Shown one piece after another: positions 10,500 through 20,294 of a stretch of 64,000 nt of DNA; the stretch's first letter is position 1, and the number at the start of each line of letters is the position of its first letter. Under the pieces are notes generated by a model. That model made no database searches. It was not told the DNA's origin and saw only the letters and a list, made by a program, of their open reading frames with translations. The DNA comes from Pelagomonas calceolata (taxonomy: Eukaryota). The stretch is from the NCBI GenBank assembly GCA_918797485.1, contig CAKKNE010000001.1, positions 3,348,001-3,412,000 of the forward strand, given 5' to 3'. The position numbers and the translations under genes are program-made.

Positions 10500-10969
10500 C
10501 ACTTCGCTTCACGGGCAGCCGTCGACGACGCGCGTATGCGGTGCGGTTGGCTGCGGTTGGGGCAGCCCGGCGAGGCAGGCGCGCGTGGATGGCCCTGTAA
10601 AATTAATGATGTGATTTCATGGAAAGTGCGGGTTCTTCGGATGAGTCTCGGCCGAGACTGGCGCGCGCGCCACCGATGGCGAAGAGGCAAAAAGAGAGTT
10701 CCGCGGAACACTCGTCAAGATAGAGCCGGGGAACTTTTTCAGAGAAGTGAGCGTTTCTCACTCGGGGTAACTTTGGCTGCCCGAGCAGTATGCGTCCGGG
10801 CTCGCGCATCTTAACGATTGAACCGCGTCAAGGACTTTTCGCAATGCCCGCACCTTATGAAACCCGCGAAGCCACAGGGAGAGCATGCTAGCAGAAGTAG
10901 AGCAAGCGCTGAGCGGCCGCGAGATCAAGCGCACGCGCGGCCGGCGGTGGCACAGGCGTCCTCACGACG

Positions 10970-11881
10970 ATGCCCACCGAGAATGAGGTGGGCAATAGAA
11001 TACTTCAGCACCTACAGGCTGCCCTTCGGAGTCCCGACGCCGCCGCCGCGAATATCGCCGCCGCCGTGCGCGAAATAGATGATGAGGGCCTTCTTATGGC
11101 ATCTCTGTCACTTCGGCAAGTAATGGGTCCAGAGCACCAGGGGATGGTTCTGAGAATCCCAGGACTCCGCAGAATCACCAAGCGCCACCTCTGGAAGGCG
11201 GTCGCAGAGGGCAACGTGAGCCAGGCGCAGCTCCACCAGCAAATCCCCTGGGTGGAGCCGCCGGCAGGTATCTACGTCAACTCTCGAACCGGCTGGACGA
11301 TCGTCCACGAGGCCGTCGAGCGCGGCCACAGCGGAGCCATGCTCACGCTGGTCGCGCAGTTGATGGGGTCCGATTCGGTCAACAAAAAGACGAGGACCGG
11401 TCTCACACCTGCTCATGTGGCGGCGTCGAAGCGCGACACGCTGGCCCTCATGGCGCTGGCCAATCTAGGCGCGGACCTGTCGGTGCTAGCTGCGGACCGG
11501 TTGGAGCTGCGGGAGCTCCAGAAGCAGGCGTCGGAGGCCCCGGAACCACCGGAGCCGTTGGAACAAGCGCGCCTCATGCTGGCGACTCTTGACCCCTCGG
11601 CGCTCGACCAACCCAAGCTCGACACGATGCAGATTGACCTCGCCACGACGAAAACGACGCTCGAGACGGCGTCGGAGCGGGTGCAGCGCGAGGTGATGCG
11701 GCGCGAGCTCGCCGTACCCCGTGCAGAAGAGCGGCCGTGCGCAATATGTCTCGACCGTCCTCCGAATGTGACGTTTGTCCCATGTGGTCACAAGATGACC
11801 TGCGAGCAATGTGCGGCGGAAGTGAGGGAGTGCCCGGGCTGTCGCGCGCCGATCCAGCATAGACAGCGAACGTACGATTAA
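10970..11881 (+). CDS. Ankyrin-repeat plus C-terminal RING (C3HC4) protein, putative E3 ubiquitin ligase
   Basis: GWTIVHEAVERGH, GLTPAHVAA; CAICLDRPPNVTFVPCGHKMTCEQCA..VRECPGCR. Confidence 0.85.
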   Translation: MPTENEVGNRILQHLQAALRSPDAAAANIAAAVREIDDEGLLMASLSLRQVMGPEHQGMVLRIPGLRRITKRHLWKAVAEGNVSQAQLHQQIPWVEPPAGIYVNSRTGWTIVHEAVERGHSGAMLTLVAQLMGSDSVNKKTRTGLTPAHVAASKRDTLALMALANLGADLSVLAADRLELRELQKQASEAPEPPEPLEQARLMLATLDPSALDQPKLDTMQIDLATTKTTLETASERVQREVMRRELAVPRAEERPCAICLDRPPNVTFVPCGHKMTCEQCAAEVRECPGCRAPIQHRQRTYD

Positions 11882-11908
11882 TTTGTGAATGAATATGACT
11901 ACACAGAC

Positions 11909-12904
11909 CTACTTAGCAGACGGCTCGGGCGCCGGCTCCGGCTCCGGCTCCGGCGCCGGCGCGGCGCGCCCCGGCGGCGCCGGCACGGGCGACTCGGGCA
12001 GCGCCCGGAGCGCCTTCTTCAGCGAGAGCTCGAAGACGTCCTCGAGGCCGCCCGACAGCCGCGACGCGAAGACGTCCAACAGCTGCGGCAGCGCGCCGAC
12101 GGCCGGCCCCGGCAGGAAGGACAAGGCCGCCGTGCCCAGCGACGCCGCGGCGTGGGCCCCCGCCTTCAAACCCTGCTTCAGCGCCGCGGGCCCCTCGGAC
12201 GCGTCGCCGAAGCGGTCGACGACCTCCGCCGCGACTTTAAGGGACTTCCCGAGGTCCTCGGAGTCGTCCGTCAAAGCACGGACCTCGCAGAGGGCGTAGG
12301 CGACGCCCGCCGCGGCCCGTCGCAGGCGCCACTCCGGCACATCCAACTCCTCGGTAGAGACGACGGTCGCGCGCGCGAGCTCGTCGACGAGCCGGTGTAA
12401 TACTTCAAACGCCGGCGGCGGGTCCGCCGGCGGCACGGCGCCGTCGTCGCGCGCGAGCGGGGTGACCATCAAACCCATGGCCTGCGCCCGGTGCGCGTGG
12501 AACGGCTTTGATAATTCTAATCTCTTGGAGATGGCGAGCTTGAGCCGGTCGCGCCAGTCGTCCAGGGCCGCCAATTCTTGCGCGGCATCGTCGACCTCCT
12601 CCCTTAACTGATCGCATTGCTCCTGGGCGACGAACGCCACGAGGTCAACCGCGCCGTTCGTCACCTGGCCCTGGGCCGCCGCCGACAATCCTAAATCGCG
12701 CGCGCCGGCGGCGAGCGCGTCGTCGCACCAGCCTAATGAGGCGACGTGCGGCACGGACGCCTTGAGGATGTCGCGTTTTTCCTGGGCGCCGGGCGCCGTG
12801 GTTTGCGTGAGGCAGCGCCAGGGTGCCAGCTGGCGCGGCGCCGCGGCGCGCACGCCTCGGCTGGACACGAGCGCGCGCCGCGCGACGACCGATGCGGCTC
12901 GCAT
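11909..12904 (-). CDS. COQ9: Ubiquinone biosynthesis protein COQ9, mitochondrial
   Basis: Arg/Ala-rich mitochondrial presequence; HVASLGWCDDALAAGARDLG, DRLKLAISKRL, LVDELA...WRLRRAA, DDSED. Confidence 0.75.
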   Translation of the reverse strand: MRAASVVARRALVSSRGVRAAAPRQLAPWRCLTQTTAPGAQEKRDILKASVPHVASLGWCDDALAAGARDLGLSAAAQGQVTNGAVDLVAFVAQEQCDQLREEVDDAAQELAALDDWRDRLKLAISKRLELSKPFHAHRAQAMGLMVTPLARDDGAVPPADPPPAFEVLHRLVDELARATVVSTEELDVPEWRLRRAAAGVAYALCEVRALTDDSEDLGKSLKVAAEVVDRFGDASEGPAALKQGLKAGAHAAASLGTAALSFLPGPAVGALPQLLDVFASRLSGGLEDVFELSLKKALRALPESPVPAPPGRAAPAPEPEPEPAPEPSAK

Positions 12905-13349
12905 TGCTGCAGCTCCCCGCTTGAGTGGCTTGTTTTTTACGGCACACGAAGCCGCGTTTCTCGGCGGAAATTCGCAGCGGTCACCGGCGAGGGGTAAATC
13001 AATGCTTCGCTATCCACAGCGCGAACGCACAGCGGGTGCACGGCCGCAGTAGGGAGCGACAGCTCCCACGACTTTGGGAGAGCTAGAGCATCTAGCTAGA
13101 GCACATTTGCAGGTCTCCGGGATTTCTCCCGCCCCCGCGACCGCTCCGACCGCTCCGACGACGCTTCAAACAACGCCCCGCATGCCCCCACAAGCCGGGA
13201 GAGGCCGGCCTTGGAAAGCGAGGGAGAGAGGCCCAAACAGCGCGGGCGAAACGCGCCGCGGGCCGCCCCACCAAGGGCAGCTTTGAGATAAGGCAGCCGC
13301 CGCAAGGCAGCCCCAAATCAAAGGGCAGCCCCGGACCGAAGGAACAGCC

Positions 13350-15098
13350 ATGGGCTGCACCCCTTCCAAGGAGCAGGACGGCGCGTCGCCCCGCACGCCC
13401 GGCAAGGACAAGGCACCACCCCCACCTTCTCCACCTTCGAACTTCACGACGCCCGACGAGAAGACGCCGGCCTGCAACGAGTATAGAGTAGACGTCACCG
13501 CCTCCGGGTTCGGCATTTGCGTCTGTGGAAGACCGCAAGCGGAGCACTCGGCGGCGTCCCGATCCAAAAGATCAGCGTCAAAAAGATCTTTGGGAGAAGG
13601 GTGGATCGACCCGACGGCGGAAGGTCATCCCGAGGCCTGCGACGACTTCCGCGTCGACATCGAGCACGAGACGTTCGGCATGTGCAAATGTGGGTTTCCT
13701 AGATCTCAACATTCGTCTAGAGCTGTTCAGGGAAGAACACAAACGATGAGGTCCCCAGCTCGTACTGATAAAAAAGTTTTCAGGGACCCGGAGGAGTTTA
13801 TCGACCCCAAGGCGTGCCAGAACTTTGTTATCGATGTGGACTCGCCGATCCAGGACATGTGCACGTGCGGGGTGATTCGGAAGCACCATCCCATCTCGGC
13901 GCGGACGCCGCCGAAGAAGCGACGTAGTACGACGGGCCGCGTGAACGATTTGGTGAAAAAACATGAGTCGTTGATCCTCGACGCGGCGCAGGAGGCCTGG
14001 CAGCGGCTGCAGGAGCAGGACGCTTTAGCGAGGGAGACGGACGCGGCGAAAGCTGCTGAGAGGTTGCGGCGTCGAAGGTCCTCGTGGCTGGCTAAAATAG
14101 AACGCGCTAGAAGGGATGGGCAATGCGTCGCGCCTCGCTTCGCGAACGTCGCGGCTGATAGCAAGGAATTGGTCATCGAGGTCACGTCGGAAACGCCCGG
14201 AGCGTTACTCTACTGGTGCCACGCGAAACCCGGCCAGGACGCGTCGCGGGCCTTCGCCGCCGCCGAGGGCGACCGTAGTAGTCCCACAGCTGGTCTGCGA
14301 CGGCACGACCCCGCGAAGGACGGCATTTTGCGAGTTCGCGGAAGGGAGCCGGGGACGCACGTGGTTGTCGCTCGTGCATTAAAAAAGGGTTTGTTGGACT
14401 CGGAACTGGCTTCAGGTGGCTTCCGGCTGGAGCCTCCCAGTTTCTTATTCACCTCAGCACATGCCCACGAACTACGGAGTCTGCACTACTCGAAGTCCTC
14501 GCCGGACGACCTCGGCTGTTCGGTCTGCGCCGCGAAGCTCGCCCAGGGCGAGGGCTTCACGTGCCAGACTTGTGGGTTTAACCTGTGTCTGAGATGTGCT
14601 TTACCGCACCGCCACAGCGACGACGCGAGTCCGTCCAAAAGACCGCCGCCGCCGCCGACGGAAGCGTCCGTGGCCGTGGACGTCGGGGCGCGGCGGTTAT
14701 GGTTGAGTGATGATATCAGATTCGTGGGCAACGCGGCGACGATTCTGGATGAATCGTTGCCGTTGCTAGATGCTTTAGGCAAGGCCCTCAAGGCGCACCC
14801 CGGCGTCGCGGTCCGATTGGAGGGCCACACGAATTCAAAGTGCGGCCTCGAGTGCGACGGGAAGAACAAGTGCGAGAACAGCGCGTGTCGGAAGAACTTC
14901 GGCGGGCGGGGCGGCGCCGCGGGCTTCTCGCTAGCTAGAGCGAACGCCGTCCGCGACGCGCTGGTCAAGCGGAACAAGATCGACGCGGCACGCATCGAGA
15001 CGCGGGGCCTCGCCGGGTCGCGGCGCCTCGCGGTCGACACCGAGGGCGACGACAAGCACCGCAACCGGCGCGTCGAGGTGCACACGCTCGAGTTTTAG
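13350..15098 (+). CDS. N-acylated multidomain protein: three Cys/His repeats, FN3-like domain, ZZ/DC1-like zinc finger, C-terminal OmpA-C-like domain
   Basis: MGCTPSK myristoylation/palmitoylation start; three C-x14-CxCG-x5-H repeats; CSVC...FTCQTCGFNLCLRC; IRFVGN...VRLEGHTN...SLARANAVRDAL...RIETRG...NRRVEV. Confidence 0.8.
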   Translation: MGCTPSKEQDGASPRTPGKDKAPPPPSPPSNFTTPDEKTPACNEYRVDVTASGFGICVCGRPQAEHSAASRSKRSASKRSLGEGWIDPTAEGHPEACDDFRVDIEHETFGMCKCGFPRSQHSSRAVQGRTQTMRSPARTDKKVFRDPEEFIDPKACQNFVIDVDSPIQDMCTCGVIRKHHPISARTPPKKRRSTTGRVNDLVKKHESLILDAAQEAWQRLQEQDALARETDAAKAAERLRRRRSSWLAKIERARRDGQCVAPRFANVAADSKELVIEVTSETPGALLYWCHAKPGQDASRAFAAAEGDRSSPTAGLRRHDPAKDGILRVRGREPGTHVVVARALKKGLLDSELASGGFRLEPPSFLFTSAHAHELRSLHYSKSSPDDLGCSVCAAKLAQGEGFTCQTCGFNLCLRCALPHRHSDDASPSKRPPPPPTEASVAVDVGARRLWLSDDIRFVGNAATILDESLPLLDALGKALKAHPGVAVRLEGHTNSKCGLECDGKNKCENSACRKNFGGRGGAAGFSLARANAVRDALVKRNKIDAARIETRGLAGSRRLAVDTEGDDKHRNRRVEVHTLEF

Positions 15099-15132
15099 GT
15101 CCTCTTCCTCCCCCTCGAGTTTAAGATAGATT

Positions 15133-16296
15133 TTACACCTCGGCCTTACGCAGGGCCTCGCAGACGGCGCTGACGTCGTCGCCGCGGGCGGCGAGCGCTG
15201 CTCGCGCCCTTCGCAGGGAATCTGCAATCGCCATTGCGGTCGGGTGCGCGCCACCGAGCACGCGCCGCGCGGTCCGCTCCGTCTCCTCGATCGTCGTCAC
15301 GGCCTCGCGGAGATCGTCGAGCGTGGCGCCGGAGTCCAGGTAGAGCGACGACGCGTAATTCCACCTCAGTCTGAGCGTGGTGATATCACTCTCGCCGAGC
15401 ACGCGCCGCGCCACAGGCAGTGTTTTGTGCATCAGTGTCTTCACTTCGTCGTAGCGATGTAGCGCTTTCAGAGTCCATGCGTAGTTGCTGGCTGATATAA
15501 TGGTTTGTTCATGTGCCGTACCATAGAGTATCAACTCTCCAGAGTATACATCACGATATAGATTTAGGGCCTCTTCGACCCGTCCAAGCTTATCATATGT
15601 GTTCGCAAGATTGCCCTGCACGACGAGCAGATTTCCTTCCGGTGCGCCAAGTTGCCGCAGCATAGCCAATTCGGCCTCTCGCACGGACAACTCGTCCTCG
15701 TGGCGTCCTGCTTCATGTAGACCGATCCCAAGCTGGTGCATCGCAAAGCTCCGAGGCCAGTTCGTCTCCAGCCGGCCCACGTACGTCTTCCAGCACGCCC
15801 ACCCGAGTGCACATCGCACGAAGCCGTAGTAGTCTTGCTCGCACATGCTACACGAGTACCACCGTTTCCCCCTTTCGTTCAACGCCTTGGTGCCCAAATT
15901 GTTCTCCTCGGCCTCCGCGACCAAAATCTTCGCCTGCTCCGCCAGGCACGACACGTGCGCGAAGCCCGCCGTCCCGCGGCACGAGCACCCGCGCACGAGG
16001 CCCTCCTTCGTTTTCCAGTGGAGGGCCTGCGTACAGATGTAGCACGTCTGGCCCTTCGTGTCCTCGGCGCACACCTCCGCCGCGACTGCTACGGCCTCCG
16101 TATACTTCGTATTTGCGTTGTACTGCTCGGCGCCGCCAGCTTTTTTTATTTTCTTGCAGAGCTGGTCGTGCCCGCCGTCTTTCCAGTGCTGCACCTGGCA
16201 TTCGGGCCCACAATAGCGCGTGCTGCAGCGGCCGCATTTCTTGCCCAAGGTTAAGCCAAGGTCCGTGGCGCAGACGGCGCACTGCGTGAGGATCAT
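15133..16296 (-). CDS. MYND zinc finger + RING-variant + TPR (kinesin light chain-like) protein
   Basis: CAVC...CGRCSTRYCGPECQVQHW..GH...C; CYIC...GCSCRGTAGFAHVSCL...W..CSMC; NLANTYDKLGRVEEA and RRVLG..HP repeats. Confidence 0.85.
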   Translation of the reverse strand: MILTQCAVCATDLGLTLGKKCGRCSTRYCGPECQVQHWKDGGHDQLCKKIKKAGGAEQYNANTKYTEAVAVAAEVCAEDTKGQTCYICTQALHWKTKEGLVRGCSCRGTAGFAHVSCLAEQAKILVAEAEENNLGTKALNERGKRWYSCSMCEQDYYGFVRCALGWACWKTYVGRLETNWPRSFAMHQLGIGLHEAGRHEDELSVREAELAMLRQLGAPEGNLLVVQGNLANTYDKLGRVEEALNLYRDVYSGELILYGTAHEQTIISASNYAWTLKALHRYDEVKTLMHKTLPVARRVLGESDITTLRLRWNYASSLYLDSGATLDDLREAVTTIEETERTARRVLGGAHPTAMAIADSLRRARAALAARGDDVSAVCEALRKAEV

Positions 16297-16373
16297 CTTG
16301 TATGTGGTCAACTCGCTCGGGGGCAGCCCTGCGATGCAAAAATGCCCTCAAGAGGACGAGCTTGGTTTGTTTG

Positions 16374-16395
16374 CTAGTGTGTTACAGCCGCTAGC
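16374..16395 (-). promoter_or_regulatory. Double-CTAG upstream motif (reverse complement GCTAGCGGCTGTAACACACTAG)
   Basis: One mismatch to consensus; 78 bp upstream of the ATG at 16296. Confidence 0.6.
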
Positions 16396-17088
16396 TGCCG
16401 CCGTAGCCGGCCTCCAAAATAAACCACACACCTCCCTCTGCACTCGTGCCTTCTGGAGACGACCTCTGCCGACCGCTGCTCCCCGTCGCCGCAGCGACGC
16501 GATCCCGCGTCGCCGCGGCGGCGAGATCGGAGGGCTAGAGCACCCGCAGTGGGGCGGTTTATTTGCATAGCGCGGCGCCGCTGCCGCGGGCAATCTCAAG
16601 CGATAGTGCGCTGGAAAGCCCGTCTCACGGTGCTGGCCGTGGTGCTGGCCGTGAGATTGCACGCGGCAGCGCGGGCGAGCTACGGCCCGGTGAAGTTGGG
16701 CCTCCGTCACGCTGTTTCGGCGTATCGCGGGGGCCCCTGGGAGCAATGGGCCCGCGCCGGGGCAGCCCAAGGAAGCATCATAGCCAGCGGAACGCTCAGG
16801 GGCAGCCGGCGGTACCTTGACGACGCGCACTTGCACGTCGACGAACTCGGCGTTTTTGGGAGAATGTCTCCAGACGTGATCTGGCCGCGTACAATCTCAC
16901 CAGCCCATGGGCGTCGGTCATGGGGTCACCGACGACGCTCCCGCACCCTCGATACGCTTCTGGCGAACGAAAATCGGTGTGAAAAGTGGCCCGCAAAGCA
17001 CCGTCGCGGGGGCGTTTGCGCTCGGCCAAAACCTCCCGAGCGCTCAAACCAAGGGCCTTGGGGGGCGGGCGGGGGTACGTATAGACGC

Positions 17089-17360
17089 CTGTGTAATTTA
17101 CAACCCTGACTGGGCCCCACAAGGCTCCCGTAAGGCGAGGTCGGGATTTTTAGCTAAATTTAGTAATTCCATCGTACCGCGTCGCCGCTCTTTTCTCTGC
17201 GCGAGGCTGTCCAAACCGCACCAAACTTTGCACAGCCCAATATTTTATCATACGGAACCTGCGCCTCAGCGAAAGTTTCCCGCCATTCGGCCGGCGCGTG
17301 GGTGAAGCGCACATTGCGCCGAATCACAGCCAACGTACGCCATTTACACTGGTGCTTGAC
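17089..17360 (-). mobile_element. Putative introner/MITE downstream of the bHLH-PAS stop (possible 3'-UTR intron)
   Basis: Minus strand reads GTCAAGCAC + CAGTGTAAATG ... GTAAATTACACAG: imperfect TIR with GT 9 nt outside and terminal AG, as in the coding introners; no clear TSD. Confidence 0.4.
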
Positions 17361-17450
17361 CCCCCATAGATCGAATCCCAAAACACGCCCCCGAACCCCA
17401 GGCACCAGCAAGACGCCATCACCCCTCTACAACAAAATGGCAGTCAATCA

Positions 17451-18605
17451 TTAACCAACCACGCGCCGCGGCTGGTCGACGCCGACCGGCTCGATCAGCG
17501 CCACCGCAAAGCACGCCGGCCGCAGCAATGTGATCGCGATGACTCGAGCCGTATCCGCGAGCGCGCCGTGGACCTCGCCGCGCGGGACCGGTTCCGAACT
17601 CCGCAGCAGACTCCCGATGCACGAAAAGACGTGCTGCAAATGTTGTGGAGAAGCCAGGTCGAAGACTGACCGCCCGACGACGGCGGAAGCCTCCCTCAAT
17701 CCTAAAACATGAGCGAACCGATCATTGCTGGCGGTAAATTTCCCATCTAAAGCTGCGACGGCCATCGGCATCGACGACTGGAGGAACAACTGCTCGTAGT
17801 CCAAACGCGTCGTCGACTCGGTCCGGTCGTGTTTCCGCCTCGCGAGAGCTGCTATGCTCACAATTTTGGAAACTAGGCCGCATTGCTCCCGCTCGAGGTG
17901 CGCGTTCTTCGATTCCAAGGAGTGAATATATTCCCCGACGGCTTGGAGCACGGACGACTTGCACTGCTTCGACGCCCCGGCGCCCGCCGCTTCCAACATG
18001 TCGGCGAGCTCCTCGATCTGGTGCACAATCTTCACCGAGCGCCGCTGCTCCCTCGCGTTCCGCTCCAACCGCCGTTGGTCCGCGGCGGACAGCTTCCGCT
18101 CCTTGTCGGAGGGTGGTCGGCCGCTTCCCGATTCCGATTCCGACGTCGACATGTTCTTTTGGATTCTCGTGGACTGCCTTCGAGGTCGCAGCTCGTAGGC
18201 CGGTGGTCGTTTGGGCGTCGGCGCTTTTTTCTCGAGCTGGTCCCGCCGGAAGTAGGAACCGCCCGTCCGGTCGTCGGGGTAGCGCTCTCGGGTTTGTGGT
18301 CTTCCCCTACTAGTGTCCATCGTCACGGTCGCGGCCGGCATCGCCTCATCCCTTTGAGGGGAATCGGGCGCGTCGCGCGGCGGGCTCTCGCTCTTCTGGG
18401 ACGACGTCGCCTGGTTCTTCCTATCACTATCGGGCGAGCCCGAATCGGACCGCAGCGCGTCCAGCGCGACGGCGTCGAGGCCTTCGAGGTCCATGTCGTA
18501 GGCGTAGGGGTCTCCAGAAGATCCATGCTTCGAGAAGGACTGGAGCATGTCCATCTCGTCCTCTTCTATCGCTGTTGGCTGGGGGGGGCACGCTTGGTGC
18601 TCCAT
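17451..18605 (-). CDS. bHLH-PAS transcription factor (stramenopile type)
   Basis: ERNAREQRRSVKIVHQIEELADML...KSSVLQAVGEYIHSLE (bHLH); DYEQLFLQSSMPMAVAALDGKF..SNDRF (PAS). Confidence 0.85.
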   Translation of the reverse strand: MEHQACPPQPTAIEEDEMDMLQSFSKHGSSGDPYAYDMDLEGLDAVALDALRSDSGSPDSDRKNQATSSQKSESPPRDAPDSPQRDEAMPAATVTMDTSRGRPQTRERYPDDRTGGSYFRRDQLEKKAPTPKRPPAYELRPRRQSTRIQKNMSTSESESGSGRPPSDKERKLSAADQRRLERNAREQRRSVKIVHQIEELADMLEAAGAGASKQCKSSVLQAVGEYIHSLESKNAHLEREQCGLVSKIVSIAALARRKHDRTESTTRLDYEQLFLQSSMPMAVAALDGKFTASNDRFAHVLGLREASAVVGRSVFDLASPQHLQHVFSCIGSLLRSSEPVPRGEVHGALADTARVIAITLLRPACFAVALIEPVGVDQPRRVVG

Positions 18606-19114
18606 CGTGTCTCGTCCCGTAACGCTCGTGAGTTAGTTCGGCTTTCCAGGGGAGAGGGTAGCGCTACCACCGTTTCCGGCCGTCCCGCAGCCCTTTCCAG
18701 TCGTCCTGGCGCTGCCAGGGGCCCAGGATTTCTTCCTTCGCGCGGCCAGCTCGGTTGATCGTCTAGGCCGCCAGAGGCAACAAGACGCGGTACGCTGCTT
18801 CCACGGACCAGAGTTGAGCCAGCGCCGAGCTCTGAGCAAGAACTGATCGACACGGGCTGAGTTTGGGCCGCCGAGAGTCAGCCACGTCGGCCGCGCGGGG
18901 CTTCGAACCCTAGTAGCTCTAGAGCCGAGAACGCGAGAACATCACCGCACTGACGCCGTTCTTCGCTCCGGCAGGCGTGCCATGGGTGGAGAAGCAGCGG
19001 CGAGCGTGCCTTGCTGTGCTTTGCGGCCGTGCGACCGCGACGCGGCGTCGCGCGGCGCCTCCTCCGAGGTGCTACGACGGAGACACACGAGTCAAATAAA
19101 CAACAACACTAGTG

Positions 19115-19795
19115 TTAGGCCCCAGCCCGCGTCAATAATGACAGCACGCACTTCCACACGACCGCAAAGCAGTTCATGAACAGCACGCGGTAGTCCAGCG
19201 GCACGAGCGCCAGGTTGACGAAGGAGGGCAGCGGCCAGACGACCCAGTTCGCCTTCATGATCCTCCAGAACTTCCGGTGGAACGCCTTCGACGCCGTCTC
19301 TAAAATAGGAGCGTTGCCGCCGCCGGGCAGCCACCGGTCGAACGCGGCGTAGGCGTAGAAGAAGCCTCCATTCGCGCACATCGCTCCAATACTCTGGTTC
19401 ATGAGGAGTTGTAGTCCTATAATTTGCCTCCTCGTAAATCGCCCGGAAGCGACGCCGCTTTTCTCAAGCTTATGCAGCGCCTTGTACCACAGGTGCAATA
19501 AGGGCGCGAAGTAAAAGACCCCGATGGCCGCAAACACCAACGTACGGCGCGGGTCGTAGGTGTTGCCGACGATCGTCTGTGCGAGGGCGTCGCCCAACGC
19601 CGACGCGGCCCCAGACGACGCCATTTTCGTGGGCAGCGGCCGCCTCTTCAGCAACGAGTCGTAGGCGCGCAGGACGCCTCCTCTTACTGCGGTCGTGGCC
19701 TGTCTCGCAGACGGCGCTTTGACGCTGCGGTTTGGAGGGCTCAGCGCCGCTGCAGTGGCGGCCGCAAAGAGCAGCGACGCGCCGCGGCGACGCAT
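19115..19795 (-). CDS. Mpv17/PMP22 family membrane protein
   Basis: YDSLLKRRPLPTKM, GDALAQ, ANWVVWP...VNLALVPLDYRVLF.N. Confidence 0.92.
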   Translation of the reverse strand: MRRRGASLLFAAATAAALSPPNRSVKAPSARQATTAVRGGVLRAYDSLLKRRPLPTKMASSGAASALGDALAQTIVGNTYDPRRTLVFAAIGVFYFAPLLHLWYKALHKLEKSGVASGRFTRRQIIGLQLLMNQSIGAMCANGGFFYAYAAFDRWLPGGGNAPILETASKAFHRKFWRIMKANWVVWPLPSFVNLALVPLDYRVLFMNCFAVVWKCVLSLLTRAGA

Positions 19796-20017
19796 TTTTC
19801 TTTGTCAATGCGTGCGATTATTGCAACGAGTGCGCGGCAAGCTCGCGCTCTCTGACTGGCCTGCAACCTTGGTTTTTTTGCCCTCGCTAGGCAAGTGCTG
19901 GTCAGCGAACGCTTGCGCCCGAGCGATGGCGAAGCGGATGCGCTAGCGACAAGTGCGCACTGAGTCAGGCGCGCAGCACACGGCACGGTTGGCCGCGAGA
20001 GCGTGCTCCTGAGATTA

Positions 20018-20041
20018 GCTAGCGGTAGCGTAAGATACTAG
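20018..20041 (+). promoter_or_regulatory. Double-CTAG upstream motif GCTAGCGGTAGCGTAAGATACTAG
   Basis: Consensus match 223 bp upstream of the Mpv17 start. Confidence 0.6.
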
Positions 20042-20190
20042 GGATGCAAGCTGGACAGCTGTTCATCGAACGGGCGAACGTTGCACATTGTGGGGGGGGG
20101 ACGTTAGTTGCCGAGGCGGCTCTGCTCAGACTGAGGTACCTGTTGTGAAAAACGCGACGCGCCCGCCGCCGACGAATCGGCGACGGGCGA

Positions 20191-20243
20191 CTCCCCCAGC
20201 CTCAGGGCCACCGCCCACTAGTCCTAGTACCGTAAAAGTGACC
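20191..20243 (-). repeat. Dispersed ~55-bp 3'-flanking element (core CCGCCMACTAGTMCTAGYACCGTAA on the + strand)
   Basis: Homologous to 36763-36818 and 44106-44162; about 52 bp beyond the stop at 20295. Confidence 0.7.
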
Positions 20244-20294
20244 TTCGGACGGGAAACGACGACGAGGCGCCGACACTACAAAAAAGGACTACTA

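Noticed and set aside
16400..17080. ORFs of 130-190 aa in the long intergenic gap
   Set aside because: No recognisable domain and conflicting frames on both strands; no support for coding
18890..18970. tRNA-like T-loop/B-box GGTTCGAAGCCC on the minus strand
   Set aside because: No matching acceptor stem, D-arm or anticodon arm could be folded; it overlaps a variant of the CTAG promoter motif
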